Assembly: GCA_027492035.1 (NCBI GenBank)
Contig: JAOZFT010000015.1
Location: 1 to 64,000 of the forward strand
From: Thermoproteota archaeon
GTDB lineage: Archaea > Korarchaeota > JAOZGF01 > JAOZFZ01
Direction of reading: 5' to 3'
Length of the DNA stretch: 64,000 nt
Position 1 is the first letter of the stretch. Every line of letters begins with the position of its first letter. The translations under genes and the position numbers were made by a program. Positions 1 through 9,825 of this stretch are shown piece by piece. The notes under the pieces were generated by a model. It worked only from the letters and a program-made list of their open reading frames with translations. It did no database searches and was not told the origin of the DNA.

Positions 1-202
1 TTCTCCCTCTTTCAGTGTAGGTTTGACCTAGAGCTACTGCCAAGGCAAGTAGAATAGAGCTTTTTCCGGAACCGTTGGGGCCGCAGATAATGTTCACTCC
101 TTTTCTTAAAGGGATTCTTGCGTATTCGTAAGACATAAAATTTTCTATAATTACCTCCTTCAAAAAAGAATTGGTAACTTCTAATGTTTCTGCTACTTTC
201 AT
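1..202 (-). CDS. SMC/Rad50-superfamily ATPase, N-terminal part (runs off the window)
   Basis: Manual translation from ATG 202: MKVAETLEVTNSFLKEVIIENFMSYEYARIPLRKGVNIICGPNGSGKSSILLALAVALGQTYTERG. Has the ENFMSY strand and Walker A GPNGSGKS typical of SMC head domains; absent from the ORF track because truncated. Confidence 0.85.
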   Translation of the reverse strand, partial: MKVAETLEVTNSFLKEVIIENFMSYEYARIPLRKGVNIICGPNGSGKSSILLALAVALGQTYTERGR

Positions 203-460
203 TTCATCAACTTCTTTATCCTTTAAAGGAAACCCTTTAAAGTAAAAATTAGTTTGCATAAGATTTACTTTTTACTTGTTCTAAAATATTTTTTGCAACC
301 TTTAAAAAAAGTTTATGATAGTCACGTAAATAACTATTTCAAAATAGTATTTGCTCTGCTTCTTCAGTTGGTGAAGTGAAATTTTATTGCTTAGGCAAAC
401 TCAACAACCTTTCCTACAGCTTCATTTATCAAATACCAGATATCACTTTGTCCTTAGCCT

Positions 461-735
461 TCTGTAGCAGAGGAATATGGAATAAAAGTAACCCAAGTAG
501 ATGAAAGCTACACTTCATCCAAGTGCCCAAGATGTGGTTCTACAAGAGTGGTTAAAAGAAAGAGGCTGTTCAAATGCTTAAGCTGTAGTCTGGAAAGCTC
601 ATAGAGACGCTGTTGGTTGTGTGAATATAGGAGTTGCTCAAGACAGTAGCCTTGGGGAACTCATTAATGGGGCAGTGGCCTGCCCTCTGCTCATAGAAGC
701 AGGAACCTCACACGCTTTAGCGTGTGAGGGTGTCA
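461..735 (+). mobile_element. tnpB: IS200/IS605-family remnant: 3' fragment of tnpB (frameshifted) plus right end
   Basis: Reads AEEYGIKVTQVDESYTSSKCPRCGS...LFKCLSCSLE, then after a frameshift AHRDAVGCVNIG (Zn ribbon + RuvC-III of TnpB); followed by a subterminal hairpin and GTGTCA end. Confidence 0.85.
706..729 (+). repeat. Subterminal hairpin of IS200/IS605 right end (omega-RNA 3' stem)
   Basis: CCTCACACGC-TTTA-GCGTGTGAGG: perfect 10-bp stem, followed by GTGTCA (730-735), directly downstream of the tnpB fragment. Confidence 0.8.
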
Positions 736-749
736 GGTTGTACTTTCTC

Positions 750-1460
750 TTAAATAGTAAGTAGTACAGCTAAAACCCCAGAAAGGAAGACGCCGTCAAA
801 GGTACCTGCCCCTCCTATACTGGCTACTGAGGCTCCTAATTCCGGTATTTTGTTTAAATTCAAAATATCTGCCCCTATTAAGGCTCCCAATGTTCCTGAG
901 ATATAAGCAACAACAGGAGCCTGGTTAGGCGCTATCAGCATGGATAGTAGAGCTGAGGAAATAGGTGGAATAAAACTTGGTACAGCTATTCCTAACCCCT
1001 GAACAGGTTTAGCTACGCTGTGGACAATCAAAGTTACAACAACTAATGTTGCTAGGACTTTAATCAGTAAAATTAAATCGGTTATTTTCAGAAGCAGCCA
1101 AATAGAGACCAGCGTCGGAATAATTGCTCCACCGACGTTTACAGCAACCACTGTCTCCCTGGTTCCTTCAACCAATACAGGTACTTGATACTCGACAAAA
1201 AAGAATTTAACAGTTTTAAAAGTTAATATGGGCTGTTTAGAAACTATTTTCTTGACAGGGATGTTGATTAAGCTTCCAAATAAGCTTAAGAAAAGAAAAC
1301 TAAGTGCCTGCCAAGGTGTAAAACCCAGTTTTATGAAAGCAAACTGGAAGAAACCTAGAAAATAAAAAAGAAAAAGAGAAAATAAAGTAATGAAAAGCAA
1401 CAAAAAGAAGAAACCCGAGAGAGGGAAATAAAAAAGTTTCCTTTGGTCAAACCAGTCCAT
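750..1460 (-). CDS. DUF1614-family integral membrane protein
   Basis: Hydrophobic; motifs GSLINIP, AVNVGGAIIP, GTLGALIGADILNL, SIGGAGTFDGVFLSG. Confidence 0.85.
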   Translation of the reverse strand: MDWFDQRKLFYFPLSGFFFLLLFITLFSLFLFYFLGFFQFAFIKLGFTPWQALSFLFLSLFGSLINIPVKKIVSKQPILTFKTVKFFFVEYQVPVLVEGTRETVVAVNVGGAIIPTLVSIWLLLKITDLILLIKVLATLVVVTLIVHSVAKPVQGLGIAVPSFIPPISSALLSMLIAPNQAPVVAYISGTLGALIGADILNLNKIPELGASVASIGGAGTFDGVFLSGVLAVLLTI

Positions 1461-1527
1461 TACTTACCACTTACACAGTTACACTTTTTCCAGAAAAACA
1501 CTGCCTTAAAATACTGTGGGTAAATGC

Positions 1528-1776
1528 TTAGGTAATTAATATAGAGGTTGAGGTTTCAGTTACTCCATCATACTCTCTCACCTTGGATAAAATACTTCTG
1601 ATGTCCTCTATTTGTTCCAGTCTTAACCCAATCACTACGTCGTAGGGGCCTGTGATTTCATATATGAAGGGTTTATTATCAACTTTAAAAGTGTATTTCT
1701 CTATTTCTCTTCTTAACTTGTCTATTATTTCAAACTCTCTTCCCGGTTTCACCTTCATCAAAATTAATGCAAGCAT
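1528..1776 (-). CDS. Stand-alone Lrp/AsnC ligand-binding (RAM) domain protein
   Basis: 82 aa; ILMKVKPG...YEITGPYDVVI...VREYDGVTETSTSI pattern; no HTH. Confidence 0.8.
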   Translation of the reverse strand: MLALILMKVKPGREFEIIDKLRREIEKYTFKVDNKPFIYEITGPYDVVIGLRLEQIEDIRSILSKVREYDGVTETSTSILIT

Positions 1777-1917
1777 TTTTCCTTCCTCTTTTTTAGAAAC
1801 CCTTTTTTTGGAAAAGTGATTTAAAATATAAAAATTGTTACTTTAAAATAAAACTTTTTAAGCTCTAGAAGGAAAAAAATGAAAATTTAAATTTTTAATT
1901 TTAACAAAGAAACAAAA

Positions 1918-4683
1918 TTAGTTTCTTCTCTGGAAGAAGAACACAGCTGAAACAACAGCAAACACTGTAAATAAAGCTAAGATTAATGTTGTAACCTTTT
2001 CCTCCGCTGTTTTATTGATTTTATTTGTTCGATTAGTTTCAGGGTTAAACACAGGAGTGGTTTCTTTTCCTGTTCCTTGCTTAAGTATTTCTTGCACTTC
2101 AAAAAACAATGTTTCATGCCCCTCCATTTCTACAATGAATTTGTTTCCTTTAAAATTTATTTCTTGGTTTTTCCAGATTTCTTGAATTCTAAGTTTATTG
2201 CTTAAATTCCTTGTTTCTAATTCCACCTCTACCTTTTCCTTATTATCTAAACTGTTGTGTAATGTAAGATAGAAATGCTTTCCTGCACCGAATTTTTCAA
2301 CATAAACTTTTCCGTTACTTACTTTTGCTTTAGTTAACGGCTGCCATCCTGCCTTATTTAACTTTAAAAATATTTCATGCCCCCTCTTTAAGGTGTCTCC
2401 TAATTTCTCTATAAAGTTTGGGTTGTCGTAGTATCTAGCATATCTCTGTTTAAAGGTGGGCATTATACCGTAAAATAAACACCCCTCAATGTACCTTTTC
2501 ATGTATTCAAGGTGGAGAGGGTTTTCAACGTTAAAGTCCAGTTCAGTATGTACTGAAATAACTGATTTATTCCCAGCAATGAATCTCCTGTACAAAAGCT
2601 CTTTATCTCCCCAATTAAAATTTTTCACATTATTGGATTCAAAAGGTAAAGCGTCAAGGTATATTGCCCCAAAACTTGCTGTTCCTTCACTTATGTAATT
2701 CCCTGTTAAACCTGAATCAGGCAAGTTCTTTTCCATCCATTCTTTTAACGTTTTCAAGTATTTTACAGCTGTGAAAGACAAGTGTATAGCAGGTTTAAAG
2801 GTGTTTGGATCATAGGTTAAAGATATGTCGGCATATTCTAAACATTTGTCACTTAATGATAAACAGTTGCTTCTCCCCATGAAATTATCTAATTCAACCC
2901 CGTTTATTCTTAAACCATACTTTTTTGTAGTGTTTAAAACTGTTTGCAGAGTTTCTACTGTGTAGTTCCAAACATTCGGCCCTGGAAATTCAGGGTCAGT
3001 GTTTAAAGGTATTTGTGGAACCCATTCGTCAGGTCTATAGCTTGGTCCTTTCTTATAATTTGCTATTACCCAGTCCCCGGAAAATGTGGAGGCATGGGTG
3101 TTTAAGGCAATTCCTGCTTTAGAATTTAACTGGTTTTCAGCTATTTCTTTCACTATCTTTATTGTTTCTGCATATGAGGGACATTCACTTTCCTTTTTTA
3201 TTCCTGTTACTGGTTCATACTCCCATGGTAAAATATATTGAGCCAAGTACACTTTATCTTTAAAGTATTCTGCTGCTTGTCTAATTACTGATTCATATTG
3301 GAAAGAACCTTGCAGAAATGAAAGGCCGTATTCACTGTATTTCCAGTTTGCAGTGTATGAAGTTAGGTTTAGTTTAGGGTTAAACCAGTTTTTGTGGTTT
3401 TTGTAGTAGTGTTGAGCTATGTTTCTTAAACCCCATTCAGAGTCTGCTTCACCGTAAACTGTTAACTCAAAAGTTGCTTCATTCTTTATTTTTTTCGAGA
3501 ACCCCAACAAGAAGACACAAGTAAACCCTGTCTCCCATCCATACATAAACTTGAAAATTTTAGGTTTATTTAAGTCTATAGTTAACCCTAGTACTGTTTC
3601 GTTGTTAGAGATAGCTGAGATAGGGTAAAGCGAAATAGGTAGAAAACCTTGTGAAACAAGTGAATTTACAGTGTTGAAGTACTCTTCTCCTTCCCTTATT
3701 TCTCTTTTCCTTCTGAGGTCATCCCACCAAATCCATCCATCTGCTTTTACCGGTAAACTAACCCCAATTTCAATAGCTCTATTTACAGGTTCCTTACTTT
3801 CCACAAGTCCTTTAACCTTTACTTTTTCTTTTTCATTTTCCACTTTAACTCTTATGTTTATGTTGTTTTTACTTCCTTCAAAGTAAATTGTGCCGTTTTC
3901 ACTGTGCATTTTCCCAGTTACAGGTTTCCATTCTGCTTCAGGTGGGAACTTGGCGAAGTAAATCTCCTTTAAGTAGAGGACATAGTTTTTTAGGTTGCAG
4001 CTTACCTTAGTTTCAGGATTCCAGTAAATAAAGAAGATTAATCTAGCTTTCTCTGCTTTTTCTGGGGCTCTTGAAAAATTAGTGAACCTGTTAAAATTAA
4101 AAATTACCCCAGATACTTCTACACTGGATCTACATATTTCTTTTCCTCCTTTTTCGAACCATTGTATAAATAAACCTGTTACAGGTGTTTTCGCTCTTTC
4201 TGAATATCCAAAATCAGACTTGACAAGGACGGAAAAAACATAGTTTATGCCTCCTTGAATCTGTATTAGGGGAGATACATAAATTATTTTTGTTTCTTTC
4301 CTTAAATCCTTTAATTCAAAAATTAATTTGTTTCTTTCATATACTACTTCAGCTTCCCCTTTCACTTGTTTTTTCCATCCGGCAGCTTCAAGTTTATGGC
4401 TCATGTCACCTGCAGGAGCTAAATTTTCTTGGTTTAAAAGGTTTGTGAATTCTCTTACATAAACAAAATTCCTTCTTTCCAGTAAGGGTAAGGAATACCC
4501 GCCAGTTTTTATTTCAGTTATTTCTCCTTGGGGTGAAAAAGAAAGTTGGATTCCTCCATTTGTGGACACGGTTAATCTTTTTGAACTAAACCCGTTCATT
4601 AAATTTAATGAAATAATAACGAAAACAAAAACAAAAGCTGGTTTCAACTTCATCGTTCCTCTCTCAAAAGAAGTAGCCTTCAT
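1918..4683 (-). CDS. Large secreted, C-terminally membrane-anchored protein; putative carbohydrate-active enzyme
   Basis: Signal-like N-terminus (MKLKPAFVFVFVIISL), CBM-like beta region (NLAPAGDMS..GW), aromatic-rich core with GVELDNF, C-terminal TM helix followed by RRN. Confidence 0.55.
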   Translation of the reverse strand: MKATSFERGTMKLKPAFVFVFVIISLNLMNGFSSKRLTVSTNGGIQLSFSPQGEITEIKTGGYSLPLLERRNFVYVREFTNLLNQENLAPAGDMSHKLEAAGWKKQVKGEAEVVYERNKLIFELKDLRKETKIIYVSPLIQIQGGINYVFSVLVKSDFGYSERAKTPVTGLFIQWFEKGGKEICRSSVEVSGVIFNFNRFTNFSRAPEKAEKARLIFFIYWNPETKVSCNLKNYVLYLKEIYFAKFPPEAEWKPVTGKMHSENGTIYFEGSKNNINIRVKVENEKEKVKVKGLVESKEPVNRAIEIGVSLPVKADGWIWWDDLRRKREIREGEEYFNTVNSLVSQGFLPISLYPISAISNNETVLGLTIDLNKPKIFKFMYGWETGFTCVFLLGFSKKIKNEATFELTVYGEADSEWGLRNIAQHYYKNHKNWFNPKLNLTSYTANWKYSEYGLSFLQGSFQYESVIRQAAEYFKDKVYLAQYILPWEYEPVTGIKKESECPSYAETIKIVKEIAENQLNSKAGIALNTHASTFSGDWVIANYKKGPSYRPDEWVPQIPLNTDPEFPGPNVWNYTVETLQTVLNTTKKYGLRINGVELDNFMGRSNCLSLSDKCLEYADISLTYDPNTFKPAIHLSFTAVKYLKTLKEWMEKNLPDSGLTGNYISEGTASFGAIYLDALPFESNNVKNFNWGDKELLYRRFIAGNKSVISVHTELDFNVENPLHLEYMKRYIEGCLFYGIMPTFKQRYARYYDNPNFIEKLGDTLKRGHEIFLKLNKAGWQPLTKAKVSNGKVYVEKFGAGKHFYLTLHNSLDNKEKVEVELETRNLSNKLRIQEIWKNQEINFKGNKFIVEMEGHETLFFEVQEILKQGTGKETTPVFNPETNRTNKINKTAEEKVTTLILALFTVFAVVSAVFFFQRRN

Positions 4684-4748
4684 TTTTTAGAAAAAATTTA
4701 TGAATGATTCATCCTTTCAAGTTTAGGGTTTAGAATGGTTTCGCATCG

Positions 4749-7700
4749 TTAAATTTTTTGTAAGGCTAAATGTAGCTTATACAGTAATAAAAGGTTCTCC
4801 TTTACATATTTTTCAGCTTTTTCACGCAGGTAATTAGTGTAATAAGGCCATTTCCCGCATCCTTTAATGCTTAAAAGACTCCTTGACTTTTCAAGTTCAT
4901 TTCTTACATTTTTTAACTCTATCTCCTTACTCCACCCCACAGCTTTAACCAATTCTTCAAAAGGGGCAACTTCAACTTTTAATTTTTCCTTAGCTAACTT
5001 TTCGATTTCAACTATTCTTCCTTCCTCTTCCATCCCCTTTAATGCATAAATCACGGTCTTCAAGTTTATTTCCCTTAACGAATTTATTAATGAATCAAAG
5101 TTGTAAACTACTAGAGTGAAGTTTGAATTCACTACTTCATTTAATGATTTGTTTACTTTCTCCCATCCTGTAACGTCCCAGAACTCCTTCATAACTAAGT
5201 TGCTAACTATCTCTTCCCCGTTAAACACTCCCATGTAAGCTTGTATAAATTCTTTGTTGTCGTCCAGAGGAAGAATTAAAGCTTCAAAAGAAGCTGTTTT
5301 TAAAGCTTTTGAGGGTTTAGGTACAATTATTTCTTTCCTTGAAATAACTAAACGAACTTTTTTCCCTGCTAAAATGTACTCAACAGCTTTTGAAGCCCAT
5401 TTCTTTGCTAACTCCCAATTTGCGCCGTTAACAATAAATTCGTAATGTGCTTGGTCATCCACTTGCTGAAGAAGTATTTCAGCTAAAGAACTCGGTTGAA
5501 AATCATTCACTGCCTTAATTACTTTGCCCCATTCAAGTTTATCCAGTAAACCAGCACTGCTTGGTTCATGTAAATTCATGATTTTTCTATTTCCTACATT
5601 GTGCAGTTCATACTTTAAAGTTTCAAATTTTACTCCGAATTTAAGCCTTAAAACAACCATGATCAAAGCTAGTCCTATTCTAAGCCATGAAATATTTTCT
5701 TCAGGCTCTAATTCAAACGTGAACCCGTAAGTGTAATCTCGATAGCTTCCTCCTGTCATGGCTAAAACAGGAAGTGACTTTGATTCTCTAACAAAAAATG
5801 TTTTGTTTTTTGATTTGAAAGGCCTTGAAACAAGGCTTAAGATTTTCCAGTAAACCCTGTTTGGTTGTTTAATGTAATTACCGAAACCTTTTGAAGGAGG
5901 GTCAACTACACAGATCACTTCTGAATGGAAACGTCCACTGAAATAATCCTTTATTATATTTGGTTCTTCTCCCCATCCATACTTGATTCTTTCATATTCT
6001 TCGTAGGGCATTGAAAAGGTGTCGGTACTAAAGAACACTTTGTAGCTTAAAGGCGTCACTTCCACCCCTGTCACTACTTTCCCTTTCCTCCTTAAATTAG
6101 TAACTATTCCATCTGTGGAGTAATCGAGACATCCAGTTTGGAATTTTTCAATTAAGTCACAGTAACCTATGTCAGGTAAATAACTTATTCCTTTATCTGT
6201 CACTAAAACCCTTTTTATTCCGTAGGGCGGGCTGAATTCGTAAAAGTTCAAATTTCTCCATGTTCTTTTTCCTTTACTGGTTAATTTTCCTTCTCTAACA
6301 AGTCCCAATTCTTTCAAGAAATTTATTTCTTTTTCCGTTATTTCTTTCCTTAAAAACGGGGCTTGAAACTTGTAAAGAGCTTCAAATAACAATGAATATT
6401 TGTTCTCCTTGTTAATTACTGCATGTTCAAGCTTCAGTTCAGTCCATTCCCTTAAGGCTGAAACCCCCCTTAGAAGAAGCTCTCTATCCCATGACGTGAA
6501 AGGGAAAATTATTGTTTCGGTGAAAGATAAGTCTTTCCTCCTCCCTTTCCTCCCCTCCCTTTGTTTAAATTCTCTTATTGTTTCTGGCAGGCCTAAATGG
6601 ACAATTCTTATAATTTTCCCTATGTCTATTCCTTGAGCCAATGTTCTTGGACTTATTAATACTTTAATTTCTCCTTTCCTGGCTTTCTTCTCAACTTCCT
6701 CTCTTTTACTTTTATCTACAAGGTGGTGGTGGACAGAAACTTTATCAGAGATTTGTGGGTTGCTACTCCTTATTTTCCGGTAAATTTCCTCTGCTGTTTT
6801 TATGCTTCGACTGAAAACCAAAGTTACTCCTTTATCTTCCACGTATTCAGTCAACAACTCTGAAGGATCTAAGTAAGGACTGGGTATTTTGTACCCTAAG
6901 TACTTAAGAGCTGTTGAAACCTTAAAGAATTCCTCCTTGAATTTTTCGAAGTCCTCCAAAGCCTCTAAAACATCTCTCCCCAATAAATCCTGTTTTTTAA
7001 CTAATTCTCCCTTCAATTTTTTAACTGAAAAGAAAATTTCTTTCATGTTTTTGCTAAGCACAACATAACTTCTATTCTCAACCTGGAAAGGTTTTCCCTC
7101 AATTATTGCAGTATCTTTGCCATTTATTTCTTTCAGGACTTCACCAAGTTCCTGGGGGTTTCCTAAAGTGGCTGTTAAAATCGCTACCTGGAAACTGTTG
7201 TTAAACAGTTGTTTCAGTAACTTGGTGATTGAAATTAGCAGAGAAAGTTCTCTGGGCCCGTAAAAATCAAATTCATCCAAGACAATTAACTTCATCTTTT
7301 CAATGAATCCATACAGTAGTTTTCTCCTTGTTGTTCCCCCCCACCTCTTCATGTCTGAAAGTAAAAAGGCTGGGTTAGTGATTAATATGTCCATGTTAGA
7401 AAGGTAACTTCTCAAATTTCTTCCATGTTCCTTTTTCAGTTCCGTGGTTTTAACAGCATCTACTGCTTCAACTTTGAAACTTAAAGCTGTGGAGTAATTT
7501 TTTAACCTTAAAACTTGGTCATTGGAAAGAGCTAAAGTAGGGTAAACAACTAATGTTTTAATTTTTTCTAAGAAACTGTAAGTGAACCAAGCCTCTGTTT
7601 TTCCGCTTCCAGCTCCAGAAATTAAAATGATGTTTTTAGAGTTTTTCAAAGCTTTTAATGCTTCATATTGGTGGAGGTAAAGTTTTTCTTCACTTAGAAA

Positions 7701-7850
7701 TTTTCCTTTTTCACTCCCCCCTATGGCAGGCATTAAATCTTTAAACTTGATGTTAACGGTTTCAGGTTCCACGGCCTCTTTTCTGAACGAGTAAAAATCA
7801 TATTTTAACTTTTTCAGAATCAATGAGGAATCTAAAGGCAAAGAAGACAC
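4749..7850 (-). CDS. SF2 DEAD/DEAH-box helicase (Hrq1/MrfA/SftH-like) with C-terminal extension
   Basis: Q motif LYLHQ, Walker A SGAGSGKT, YPTLALSNDQ, DEFD, TATLGNP, QGIDIG, QREGRKGRR. Confidence 0.85.
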   Translation of the reverse strand: MSSLPLDSSLILKKLKYDFYSFRKEAVEPETVNIKFKDLMPAIGGSEKGKFLSEEKLYLHQYEALKALKNSKNIILISGAGSGKTEAWFTYSFLEKIKTLVVYPTLALSNDQVLRLKNYSTALSFKVEAVDAVKTTELKKEHGRNLRSYLSNMDILITNPAFLLSDMKRWGGTTRRKLLYGFIEKMKLIVLDEFDFYGPRELSLLISITKLLKQLFNNSFQVAILTATLGNPQELGEVLKEINGKDTAIIEGKPFQVENRSYVVLSKNMKEIFFSVKKLKGELVKKQDLLGRDVLEALEDFEKFKEEFFKVSTALKYLGYKIPSPYLDPSELLTEYVEDKGVTLVFSRSIKTAEEIYRKIRSSNPQISDKVSVHHHLVDKSKREEVEKKARKGEIKVLISPRTLAQGIDIGKIIRIVHLGLPETIREFKQREGRKGRRKDLSFTETIIFPFTSWDRELLLRGVSALREWTELKLEHAVINKENKYSLLFEALYKFQAPFLRKEITEKEINFLKELGLVREGKLTSKGKRTWRNLNFYEFSPPYGIKRVLVTDKGISYLPDIGYCDLIEKFQTGCLDYSTDGIVTNLRRKGKVVTGVEVTPLSYKVFFSTDTFSMPYEEYERIKYGWGEEPNIIKDYFSGRFHSEVICVVDPPSKGFGNYIKQPNRVYWKILSLVSRPFKSKNKTFFVRESKSLPVLAMTGGSYRDYTYGFTFELEPEENISWLRIGLALIMVVLRLKFGVKFETLKYELHNVGNRKIMNLHEPSSAGLLDKLEWGKVIKAVNDFQPSSLAEILLQQVDDQAHYEFIVNGANWELAKKWASKAVEYILAGKKVRLVISRKEIIVPKPSKALKTASFEALILPLDDNKEFIQAYMGVFNGEEIVSNLVMKEFWDVTGWEKVNKSLNEVVNSNFTLVVYNFDSLINSLREINLKTVIYALKGMEEEGRIVEIEKLAKEKLKVEVAPFEELVKAVGWSKEIELKNVRNELEKSRSLLSIKGCGKWPYYTNYLREKAEKYVKENLLLLYKLHLALQKI

Positions 7851-8021
7851 CGAGAAAGGTTTGTCTATTCTTTGTAACCTCTTTACGTTAACTTAAAAAA
7901 CTTTAATAGCTTTTTAGAGTTTAAATACTTACCTTTTTGCGAGAAATTTCCAGGTTCTCAGGTTTTTACGTCAGAAATCTGTATGCCTGCTGCATCTTTT
8001 TTATTCTCCTTAACTTCTTTT

Positions 8022-9044
8022 TTAGATTTGTTTGAGAGGGGCTATGTTTAAATTATTTGTATAGAGTACTTTAGTGAAGAAATTTTGCAATGACTTTTTG
8101 TTAGGGATTACCTCAATTAATACTTCCTCCTTCTCTTTTGAAAGAGGGTATTTAGCCATTATCAATGTTTTCTCTTGCCTGAAAAAGAAAAGTTCTTTAC
8201 GGGAGGTTTCAGAAAAAGGCTTCATTATTTGTATATTGATTGCTTTATCAGGTGTAGAAAGTACCGTTATTATAGGAAAAAGATCTTTTGATACTTCCAT
8301 ATTCCCTGTATCTCCTATTGCAGTAACTAACTTTCTTATTTTCAAGGAATTCAGGGCATTAAGTGCTTCGTCTTCATTTAGTAGCTTTCCTCCACCTACT
8401 TTTGAAAAGAAGTGTCTAACAATTAAATTCAATGAATCCAAGCTTTCTCCTTTCTTCATTTCGTCAACAACTTCCCTTGATTTGAAACTGAAAGGTGATG
8501 TGGTTTTTAATTTTTGTATCTTAACTTTTCTACTGTAAATTTTGGTTATTAAGGATAAAACCGAAAACTCAGTTTTTTTAAACAAAAAAGTTATTTCCCT
8601 TTTCCTGTCCACCACCTTTTCTTGACTCGTAGTTAAATCTGCAATTAAACCTGCAGTTAAAAAATTTATTAAAAAAGCTTTATTTTGTAGCTTTCGAATC
8701 CAGAAACCTTTTTTCAACGATTTTTTCAATGAATAAACATTTTTTCCCCTAATTAAGAAGGATTCTGTCTCCATGCTTCCTGAAGCTAAAGAAATAACAT
8801 TGACCAATAAATCAGGTTCATTCAAGGTTTTAACTAAATCAATTAGTTTAGGAGGTGCTTCTACTTTGTTCCTTTCCACATTTAGGTATCCCTTTAAAAT
8901 TAAAGACCTTAAACCATCTGCAAACCCTTCATTATTTAACTTGCTGAGCTTTAAATGAAGAACGGAGGAGAAGTTCTCCAAATTTAAATTTACAAGTTTT
9001 CCAATGGTTAATATCTCTGTCTCAGTTAAATTAACGTTTAACAT
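8022..9044 (-). CDS. Hypothetical protein with internal two-fold repeat
   Basis: 340-aa ORF; the halves share SLxxxxxL...L..PD...NK..L.NF.T patterns. Confidence 0.65.
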   Translation of the reverse strand: MLNVNLTETEILTIGKLVNLNLENFSSVLHLKLSKLNNEGFADGLRSLILKGYLNVERNKVEAPPKLIDLVKTLNEPDLLVNVISLASGSMETESFLIRGKNVYSLKKSLKKGFWIRKLQNKAFLINFLTAGLIADLTTSQEKVVDRKREITFLFKKTEFSVLSLITKIYSRKVKIQKLKTTSPFSFKSREVVDEMKKGESLDSLNLIVRHFFSKVGGGKLLNEDEALNALNSLKIRKLVTAIGDTGNMEVSKDLFPIITVLSTPDKAINIQIMKPFSETSRKELFFFRQEKTLIMAKYPLSKEKEEVLIEVIPNKKSLQNFFTKVLYTNNLNIAPLKQI

Positions 9045-9207
9045 TACTCTATCCCCTTATTCCCTTAATAGTTTCTATCCGGTTTAAGTAAGGTGTCTTT
9101 CCTCCTCTTTTTTGTGGGAGACACAGATGGCTTTTTCACATTCTTTCCAGCTTATCTCCATTAAATTAGTTAATTTAAAACCGAGAAATTAAACGTTTAT
9201 TATTTTA

Positions 9208-9732
9208 TTACCTGTTTATGTAAATTATAATATTAAATTCTCCTTTTTCTTCTATTTTTAGGTTGGAAGGGTTGTAAAGAGCGTTTTTCATAAAATCTTT
9301 TAATTCCTTTCCCCCGTAATATTTCTCCATTACTCCCGTATTAGCTCCTTCTTTCCAGTCTATCACTACAATTTCCCCGTTTCTAGTTGACACCCTTTTT
9401 ATTTCCTTTAAAGCCTTTACTGGGTCATGGAACTCATGTAAACTCTTAACAGAATAGATAAAGTCGAAGAACCTTGACTTTAAGGGGATTTCTTCAGCTT
9501 TTGCTTCAATACATTTTATTCTTAAACCATAACCCCCCTTTTCAATATTTTCTTTGCAGTGATTTATGTGAGGGTCTATCCCCCACAATTTAGCCCTTTC
9601 ATTCCTTTTAGCTATTTTTATAAGAAGTTCTCCGTCACCGCATCCCACGTCTAAAATTCTCAAATGTTTCTTTCCTCTCTCCACTATATACCTTTTAATT
9701 ACTTCATGCTGGTTGGGCAAGTTTAGCCTCAT
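9208..9732 (-). CDS. Class I SAM-dependent methyltransferase
   Basis: ILDVGCGDG motif I, AEEIPL..FDFI, SLHEFHDP, VVIDW. Confidence 0.9.
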   Translation of the reverse strand: MRLNLPNQHEVIKRYIVERGKKHLRILDVGCGDGELLIKIAKRNERAKLWGIDPHINHCKENIEKGGYGLRIKCIEAKAEEIPLKSRFFDFIYSVKSLHEFHDPVKALKEIKRVSTRNGEIVVIDWKEGANTGVMEKYYGGKELKDFMKNALYNPSNLKIEEKGEFNIIIYINR

Positions 9733-9825
9733 TTTTGAACACCTTGCTTTCCTTTCTATGTTTTCTTTGTTTACGTTTCTAAGTTCTTTTAAAGAGAAAT
9801 TTGTGAAGAAATGTGAATTTTTGCT

